A stretch of 61,813 nucleotides of DNA, counting the filler, from Choristocarpus tenellus KU-1152 (taxonomy: Eukaryota > Protista > Phaeophyceae): assembly GCA_964200185.2 (NCBI GenBank). It is 8 parts of 8 records of this genome, joined end to end, with 100 filler letters (N's around TTAATTAATTAA, not from the genome) between each part and the next. Parts side by side here need not be neighbours in the genome. Positions count along the whole stretch, not along the records: positions 50,025 to 57,258 come from CAXNAD020006493.1; positions 57,359 to 61,813 come from CAXNAD020014474.1; 6 more parts are not named here. The stretch is one strand, 5' to 3'. Positions 53,307 through 61,813 of this stretch are shown piece by piece. A model generated the notes under the pieces. The model was not told the origin of the DNA and made no database searches. It saw only the letters and a list, made by a program, of their open reading frames with translations. Position numbers and translations under genes: made by a program. Positions within the stretch are counted from its first letter, which is position 1. The number at the start of each line of letters is the position of its first letter.

Positions 53307-56300
53307 ATGTCCCAGGTGGAAAGGATAGAACCTAGGACGGCTGGGAATATACGTGCAGCCGCTGTAATATCTACCGTCTCTCAGGCCGTGGAAGAATGTG
53401 AGTTTAAGCTTCACGGTAGCATCTGCTACGATAGTGTTGCCTTCACATTGCACACTATTTGATTTAGCTCCTTCCATATGCCCCTCTTCCCAGTGCTCCT
53501 GAACAGCATCGATGCAGGTGCAACTTCGGTGGAGATTAGGGTTGAACTTCCCTCATACCGCCTATCTGTGACGGATAATGGTCGGGGGATACCGTCGGAT
53601 AAGCTCCAAGCATTAGTGGGCACAACACGAGGTACAATCTGCATCCTGTTGAGATGTGAGATTGCTTTGAACCTAGTCGATATCTGCACTTGATATTTTT
53701 TGTTCGGATATACCACCATCCTACCCTAAAATAAAGATTCCTTTCTTGCCCACCCTGCCGCTCACACGATAATACAGCGACGTCCAAAGTCAGCACCATC
53801 AACGATATCCACCAGTGTCGCACATATGGCTTCCGAGGGGAGGCTCTTCACAGCCTGGGCCTCTCTTCTTTGCTCGAGATCCAAAGTCGCTGTGCGGGAC
53901 TGGGATCACATGCCAAGGTTCAGAACAGACCACATCCGCTGCAAATCCGCTCGAAGTACATTTCAAGTTGTATTGATGCTGTTCTTCAACGTAGTCTATG
54001 TGTAGAAACGTCATGAGGAAAGTACTCATTCAGGAGGGCCTCCTATAACTAGCACCATGTGCCACTCAATTCGAGGCCTAATTACTGGGCTGCTCACATG
54101 ACAGTCTGATGCAACCGTAACTCCTGCGCCATATGGAGTACCTAATACCCTATTGCAAACAGGACAGAAACATCTGTTTATTTGCTGTCCTCTTCTTCGC
54201 ACCACTGATGCCACTCTTGTTCGATAAGGACATGTGCAGAACACTGTGGTGCCTTGCAAATCGCGGGCTCTCTTTTTCAGCCCAGATCTTGTCGTGCGGA
54301 ACTCTTGTATTCATATCTTCAACTTAAATCATTGGCCTAAACATATCCTGTAGTGCTCCACCTCTGGTGTTCTCACCTTAATCGGTACACTAAAAATAGT
54401 GTATCCGCGCTCCAAAAATGTCAAAAAGGTCGTTCGTGATGGAGAGATAATGCACTTTGGGCCGTCTCGCTCACCATCTTTTGTGGGAACTATTGTCACA
54501 CTGAGGGATATCTTCTTCAAGTGGCCAGTGCGACGAAGGGCCATGAACCAGGTGCTCAAGATCAAACCTATCCTTGTTCCCAGTTAAAATTATGATGACA
54601 TTGAGCTTGCATCGCTTTTGTTTTCTCCTTTGTTAGCATCTTCGTTGCCTGATCTCTGAACAGTATCACTCTATGAAGGATGCTGTTTGCATTTTTGTAG
54701 CATCATTCCTCTGTAAATGATCTGGAAGATGAGGATTGTGTGGCCTGGTATGTACTTATTGTGCTATCCTGTTGCTTTGCATTCTTTTGCAATATTGCTG
54801 CTCAAAATACTGGTTCTTTTGTTTACTCTGCAGTATACCAAGTTGTGAAAGGTGCCATTGGCTGCATCATATTTGCTTTCTTGATCCATCGCCCATAACC
54901 TACAAAAGGTGACCATGAAAAGTGTTCTCTTTTCCTTGAGAAAAAAGTATTGTTACCGAAGTAGGTGGTGTTCACACAAGAGTGATTTTTTCAACACCAC
55001 AAAGTAGAATAATTTGGAACCGCTGTAGCTGTTATGTCGGTCTATGTAATGCACCTGTTAGTCCTGTGCTGTGACTCCAATGCAGCCTATGTGTACCTAG
55101 TCATTAGTCCATTCGAGAATCGTGGAGACAGTGAAGTTGATTTTTTACAAATTGCTTACCTCCTGATATGAGCGTGTGCTTTACCTGACCAAAAAACAAC
55201 TATCTCTCCCCAACCAGTGCTTTTTGTGAGCACCATAGAGTTCCCTTTTCGTCGACAACTGATCAATGTCATGCAAGAGCAAGCGTTATTGTCTATCCCC
55301 TCCCATGCTTCTGCATGAACGGTGTGTACTATTTGTAATCCGACCTGCCGTCCTATGTGTTCACACCATTATCATCTCTGTACATACTTGTGCTGTGATG
55401 AGTAGTGCTGTGAACTTGATGTAGTAATTGTGCTAAATATTCAGTAGTCTTAACTACAAATAGTGAAAAGGACTCATGAAAATGCCATCATCCTCACCTG
55501 CACAGCGCAATGTTGTGAGGTTCTCTTGCCATGACATGATTATTTTATGTCCTTGCGCTGACTCTATTTGCCCCAGTGATGTACACATTTGCATACTTCA
55601 CTGAGGTTTTAGTCAAGCGTTGTCAAGGATGACTAAACTACTAACCCTTCCCTGATCTATTTTTAGTGACAGAAGAAAGCTTCTTGGTCTTGTGGAGTGT
55701 ACATTTCATAATTCATTGAGGCCACCGTAGACAACTGAGGATACCATGATGTTCTTCAAAGCATAGATTTCTTCTGTTCAACAGCTTAGACTTTGATTGG
55801 CGTGTTGTGAAATGTGATGCTTACCCTAGCTCGAGCCCAAACCCCTGCCCTAACAACATGCAGAAGTCTGTTTCAGTGGTGACTGAGTTGAACTCCAAGG
55901 CGAACAGGTTAAAGCATGATGATACACCATGCTACTTTCGTAATTGAGGTGATTTCAAGTGAAGTAGGTAATATGTGTGGTACAACTCTACCCCTAAACA
56001 ATACGTGTTTTAGGCTTCAAAAATTCATACCGGGGAGTAGGTTGATCGAGAATTTTTAACACCTTCAAAGCGGTTTGTTCTTGATAAGGGGGTTTGTGAT
56101 CAGATGTGTCCTGCCATGTACTCTAGACTACTGTGATCAGATGTGTCCTGCCATGTACTCTAGACTACTGCTTCAAAGTATAATGGCTATTGTTTGTGTC
56201 AGCTCTGTATCTTTTCTTACACTATGACAGTTATAGTTCAGTGCTGCAACATTGAATTCTACTGCAGCAAGCTGACCCACTTGCCTTGGGGTCGAAATGT

Positions 56301-56419
56301 GGATTGGTGGGTGGGTACTTGCCCTCATTAACAGGTGGCCGAGGTCATACGAATAAAGGAGATTGTGGCAAGGGCTGCACTAGTGAATTGCAGCATTGCC
56401 ATCACCGTTCTTGATGCAG
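53307..56419 (+). CDS. MLH3: MutL-family mismatch repair protein, MLH3-like N-terminal GHKL ATPase domain (3'-partial, 5 exons)
   Basis: Exons 53307-53397, 53494-53631, 53778-53917, 54429-54551 and 56335-56419 are in phase: AVEELLLNSIDAGAT, VTDNGRGI, ATSK, TYGFRGEAL, GTIVTLRDIFFKWPVRR. The VEELxLNSIDA form points to MLH3 rather than MLH1/PMS (KELxEN). Confidence 0.85.
56095..56168 (+). repeat. Perfect 37-bp tandem duplication in an MLH3 intron
   Basis: tgtgatcagatgtgtcctgccatgtactctagactac x2. Confidence 0.9.
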
Positions 56420-57358
56420 GTGAGATCATTGCTTGCTACCGCACAGCTTAACTACTTATTGCATACTCTATATAATATGTTTAGAAGTAGCACTTCTAAG
56501 GAAGCGCAGCTTTGCGCCATGTAGTGTACCACTATTCTTTGCCTCTATTGCTTGAAAGGACTCGTAGTGCTCATAGCGGTGCTTAGAGACCTATTGTGCT
56601 CTGCATAGTATGCACCCTGCTGTTTGAGATAAAAAAAATATGGTAAGATACGGTTGGCCTACATGGAACTGGGTACAGCATCTCTAAAGGGGTCATAGAT
56701 CCATATACCAGTTCAAAACCAACCAACAAAGTAGGATGGAGGTAGTCATGGTTGAAGTCGAAGGATCAGTGTTTTGGTTTTGAATCAGGTATGGATGTTG
56801 AGTCCTTCATGGGCAAAGGAATCTACCTCCATGTACTACTCCCTGTACTATAAAGTATTGGATTGGGTTTTCAGGGTTGAATGGTATGGTAAATGAGGTT
56901 TTAGTTGTGGTTAGACGATTTCATCAAGTGAAGGTACTGTATGTTGCATTGTCGAGCTTGTTGAGCGCTCTTTGTCCATGTATGTGTTGTTGATGCAGGA
57001 TCTTTGAACTTGATAATCTTCTAGTGATGTATGTAGGAGGGGGGCGATAGGAGTTAAGTAGTGGCAGTATTTAGAGTCATCATGATTCTGCCATTTTAGA
57101 ATTATGTCTAGAACAACACAACCAATCTAGCTTCCAATTCTACATGCATCATTAAGCTACTCCCTCCCCCTGCCCCCTTCCGTGTCTTTTATTCATGTGT
57201 GGGTATTGTGTACTCCACTGTACGGGGTGGAATGTGACTTGTTGTTTGATGTGCTCTANNNNNNNNNNNNNNNNNNNNNNNNNNNNNNNNNNNNNNNNNN
57301 NNTTAATTAATTAANNNNNNNNNNNNNNNNNNNNNNNNNNNNNNNNNNNNNNNNNNNN

Positions 57359-57540
57359 AGGTGGGGAGTGCGGGGGGGGTTGCGGCGGAGCAACACCAGG
57401 GTGTCCATTTGGGCCAAAATCAGGAAAAGTGCATTTGCATTATCCATCGGACGTATGCAAACAAATCACCCAAAAATCGCGACATGAAAAAATTGACCCC
57501 AAAGGGACAGCCACCACCCCCCACCCCAGATACTTCGAGC
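57359..57540 (+). mobile_element. MITE family B copy
   Basis: caccagggtgtccatttggg...cccaaaaatcgcgacat...cccagatacttcgagc. Confidence 0.75.
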
Positions 57541-57745
57541 AAATTGAGGCCTCACATGTACCAAGTGTTCTGCAGTTGTGGTAAAAGAAATGAGATGTAC
57601 ATGTGTTCACGAAGAAGTAAACAGTACTTCTTTCCTACCTCTGTTGCTTCCTATGATTGCCCGGTTCTGATACTACAAGATTTGAATTTCCATCCTTTGG
57701 TCTGTTCTAAAGTACTAACCCTAACCCCAAAAATGCTGATGATAG

Positions 57746-58772
57746 GTACACTACCATGGGACCCTTGTCGATGGGTCGGTTTTTGACAGCAGTGTCATGA
57801 GGGGCAATCCCATCAGTTTCCCCCTTAACGGGGTAATCAAGGGCTGGACAGAGGGTCTTCAGATGATGAAGGTACATTTGAAATCGCCCGATGAAGATGT
57901 AGTGTAGTAACCTGGGGGTGTGCCGTTTGTTACGGCATGTTTTTCTAAGTCACACTAACCCCTTGCCAGAACACGTTTTTGCTGTGTGTTATCTTACTGG
58001 ATATGTCATCCCCCGTATACATCTTGTGTCCACAATGGTCACGTTAGGAATGACCCTTCCACAACCTTTTCTGTACTGAGGGTGGCTACAGGGTTGAGGT
58101 TAGGTGCAGCAATTAGTTCCCAATTAGTCCTCAATCTGATCCTTAAACTCCCCACACTTCCCCCTGCACCTTCATGCATCTCTTGTATATTGCAATCAGG
58201 TTGGTGGAAAGGCCAAGTTGACCATCCCACCAGACCTGGCCTATGGGCCAAATGGGACAGGGCCCATCCCAGCAAACGCCACCCTTACATTTGAGGGTAA
58301 GAAAAATTGCATTTCTAACTACCTGTCATCATCCCCCTTCCCCTCCATTTGCCATACTAAACAAACTGTCAATACTATGACAGAGTCTCACATGAAGGAA
58401 ATACATCGACTTGCCTCCACAAGTTCTCAAACTTGGTACTCTTGTGTGGCCAACTACCTGCCTTTTTGTCTCGGGGAATGAGGTTACGAATTCTAGTCAT
58501 CTTGGGGGTTTGGTTTGGCATTTTACGATGCCCATGATATGATGCCCAGTCTCAGTGTGAGAACAGTAGGAGCATGAACCAGTAAGAGATGATTCGCTTA
58601 AAGTACCCTGGGTATGTAGTTTGGGTTGCCCTACTGCATTTCTCTGCTACTTTTGAACTTACTGATGGACAGCCACTCTGACCATGACCCTGTCTGACCC
58701 CTCCCCTTTGTAACTGTTACCACCCTTACTCCCCACCCGTGTACCAAAGTGGAGCTTCTTGCAATTGAATAG
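57746..58772 (+). CDS. FKBP-type peptidyl-prolyl cis-trans isomerase (5'-partial, 3 exons)
   Basis: Exons 57746-57871, 58200-58296 and 58750-58772 give [81 protein letters not shown]. Confidence 0.92.
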
Positions 58773-59899
58773 TGGAAACAGGACCGTACAAGTGGGGGGC
58801 TTGGGGGGTAGGAGTAATACCTTTGTAGATTTTCTGGAGTTCAGGGGGAGGTGTTCCACCTCGATTAGAACAAGATTCCTTTTTCTTCTCTGTGGCAGAG
58901 AGGCAGAGGTATCAACTACAACATAGAGGGTTAGGGGGTTGATTGCAAGAATGTTGTAACTTCAATATCAACAGAAAACTGTAATAGATGTGCTTTGGTG
59001 GGGGATGTGAAAGTGGCGAAGTTGGGGTGGGAGGAGTGAGGTTGAGAGGTGGGGATGAGGATGAGGATGCTTAGGGTACACGCTTTAACAGACCACCTCC
59101 TTCCTCCTGAACCTATATAATATAGAGTGGTCCACTATACTGTTCTAGTGGATCACAACAAGGAGGGACAAACACTGGTCATACTTTGTGAAGCAAGGAA
59201 ACACCCCTGCGCACTAAGACTACTACAAGGTGTAAGCATGAAGGGAATGAAGAATAGTTCCAAGTTCTTGTGTACAAGTAGGATGGTAGCACTTAGTTGA
59301 TGTAACAAATAGTGCTGATTTTGCTGGGGAAATCGTATACTGAGTCAGGTGTCACCTAGATGATAGGCAGATGACTGAATGTGATCTGTAGTGGGAACTC
59401 AGGCCCACTTAAGAGGACAAATCAGTGTGAATATATTGCGCCAAACGACCCATACATCAAGGTTCTATCGCATACCGTTACACACACAGAGACACACACA
59501 TATATCCCAGAGTCCATGGATAGAGAAACATTTGGAGGGCAGGGTATCACCGTTTTATATGAAAGTACATATTCTGGAAATACTGGATATTAATTGTGTA
59601 TTTCTGAAAGTATCATGCCTCACATACTTTACCTTCAGGGTTCAAATCAGCATGAATGACAGGGGATATGCTTACAGTTTGCTGCATTGCGTAGGATGAC
59701 CAAGGAAAAAACCATGGTAAGTCTAATTTCTGAAACTGTCAATGATCCTGCTCTGCCCGTTACCGATTTTTCAATTTTTAAAAAGCAGAATTTTTGTACT
59801 ACCCGTGTGCCACAAGTTTTTGCCACGAAACGTCTGGCTCGCCAAGCGAGAATGGCGCAGAGTCGAACGATAACCTCCACAGAATAAAATCGGATTGAC

Positions 59900-60730
59900 A
59901 ACCTCAGCTTTCAGAAAAGGTGGGAGTCGAAGATCAGGTACAAACTCGAGGTGCCTCAAGTCTTCAAAGTGGGAGTCTTTGGGGCGATTTTGAGGCCAGA
60001 ACTGGGCACGTTGAGCGTCAGAACGTTGCCATGGCAACTCCCCGGTCGACCTCCCCATGTAGGAAGGGTGCCCAAGTGTCCCTGAATACCAGAGTTGCGC
60101 TTGCAGTGCGGCACACCCTCGTGATGGTCCCTGGTGAGCATAAACTGCTGCGACACATTGGGCAGGCCCTCACAGCGGAGTTTGGAGTGTCTGAGCGTTA
60201 CATGCGAGGGCTCTGGGAGGAAGTCGCTGATCAGCTCGCCCATGGCCATACGCTTGACCTAGGGTGGCAGCATGTAGTAGGCGGCCTTTAGAGCTCACAT
60301 CAAGATGCCCACAATACGTAATATCAACTCTGATGATAGGTCATCCACAGTGCGTCAGGTGACAATGAAGATGACCCCCAAGGGGCTGAATTATAGCACG
60401 AGCACCATGAATAGGTTACAATCACCTACTAAATAAATTCATCAACAATCTCCTACTCCCCCCCCTCTGAAGTATATCTACCTGGAAGTGGTTGGGTGGC
60501 CCTCTGTTGAGGTATGACCCCAGTAGTGTCGTATCCTCATCACCAAGAGATATATACATAACCGTCCCGATGCAGCTTTCCTTAATGAGGTGGGATGGGG
60601 GCAGGGAAATATTTGAAGGAAAGAGACGTGCGAAAACTCCTAGAGACAGGTGTGACAATAAATACCCCATGACCGCCATCTCCATGGTCATTTCGGCGGG
60701 GTTTATGACACCATATATCAGGGTTTAAAA
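59900..60730 (+). mobile_element. Mariner-like transposase N-terminal relic
   Basis: HTH-like GQALTAEFGVSERYMRGLWEEV and STVRQV...YSTSTMNR segments, interrupted by stops. Confidence 0.5.
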
Positions 60731-61096
60731 CCCACATGTATGTACCACAATTGACGTGTTCTGTCGAACAGTAAACTAATGTGTACGATGGATTTAGTGG
60801 TGGAAGGGATACTGAACGTTTCATGTGATGTCGATTAACATCTATCCCCACATGCACATACCATCGTATGCGACCTTTTCTCTATGGGGGATATGAGATC
60901 GCGATTGAGAGTTTTGTCATAAGTCGAGGACGATGGTTTGGAGGTGTGCGGCTGCAAAGAGGTTAGTGTGTGGACAGTCGCAACTTTTGCCAGACTTTGT
61001 TGTACGGTAAAGTATGGTGAAATTGACTTGAGGTGTGTGGCTTGAAAAAAGTTGGTATATAGACCGCCGCAACTTTCGCCACACTTTGTTGTAGGA

Positions 61097-61355
61097 GAGC
61101 CAAAGTATCTCAGAGGGTAGAGCCACGTCCATTAGAGGACCAAAATCCAATGTTGCGATTTTGATGTAATTGGCCCTCGTGTTTGCGATAGGAAGTGTCA
61201 ATATCTATATTCTGGATACACCTTTTCATAATGTATACATTTTACCTGCTCCAAAATATTTTGGAGTAGGAAAATGTCATAAGAAAACTCATGGGAAGCC
61301 AAACCCCAAATGGACAAACAGGGCAAAATTCGCACCCTCTAAGATACTTTCACTC
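61097..61355 (+). mobile_element. MITE family A copy, TSD AGGA, inserted in an older (possibly Penelope-like) relic
   Basis: agga|gagccaaagtatct...agatactttcactc|agga. The minus-strand flanks read VIFAILC and YNKVWRKLRRSIYQLFSSHTPQVNFTILYRTT on either side. Confidence 0.85.
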
Positions 61356-61813
61356 AGGACAAAGTATGGCAAAAATGACATGAGGTGAGCAGATGAAGGA
61401 AGGACGAAACATGACTTGGTATAATTTCATTATCGTGTAAGGGTGAGATATGGTGTCAGGGTTAGGGCATAGGGATAGGGTTGGGACAGGTGCTAGGGTT
61501 GGGATCGGAAACAGAAAGTGGAAGGAACATCGTTTGGTTCCAATACATATCGGAACACAGATATCAGAGAGCACGAACTTTGTCGATAGGTTTCGTTCTG
61601 CTCTTGATGGGAGAACGTGTGCGTCACCGGTTCAGAACTACAGTGGAACTAGTGAACGCCATGTCTCTCTGATTTCGTTGCAAATGTGTGATTTCGGAAG
61701 GTTATGGTGACCATATGCTTCGCTATGCCTAGTCTTCAAGCGCTAGTCCCTCCTTCAGGTAATTACAGAACGCACAGGCTACATTGGAGTGTGTCTCGCT
61801 GCGATGGAGGCCT

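Noticed and set aside
17631-57358. Recurrent TTAATTAATTAA motif flanked by Ns, and apparent gene neighbourhoods across these points
   Set aside because: These are artificial six-frame-stop linkers. nrdJ, MLH3 and Vps15 do not continue across them, so cross-linker adjacency is not interpretable.

Overview
Eukaryotic, intron-rich, repeat-rich nuclear DNA. TTAGGG telomere units, the intron style and the gene content suggest a stramenopile/ochrophyte such as a brown-algal relative, but this is inference only. The window is eight contigs joined by seven artificial 100-bp linkers (44 N + TTAATTAATTAA + 44 N), so adjacency across linkers is not trustworthy. Spliced gene models reconstructed by hand, all partial: (1) the 3' WD40 half of Vps15/PIK3R4 (minus); (2) a TPR protein with a Gly/Met-rich tail; (3) the last exon of a CCR4/Angel-type EEP phosphodiesterase; (4) the last exon of a kinesin-light-chain-like TPR protein; (5) the 5' part of a B12-dependent class II (monomeric NrdJ/RTPR-type) ribonucleotide reductase with a possible organellar presequence; (6) the 5' part of MLH3, head-to-head with the reductase with only 188 bp between the ATGs; (7) the 3' part of an FKBP PPIase. 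The rest is decayed Gypsy, Tc1/mariner, hAT, Helitron and Penelope-like relics, several MITE families and minisatellites. Most notable: the intron-containing class II RNR/MLH3 divergent pair, and many very short (TTAGGG)2-4 tracts in both orientations, one of which cleanly interrupts a reverse-transcriptase relic.
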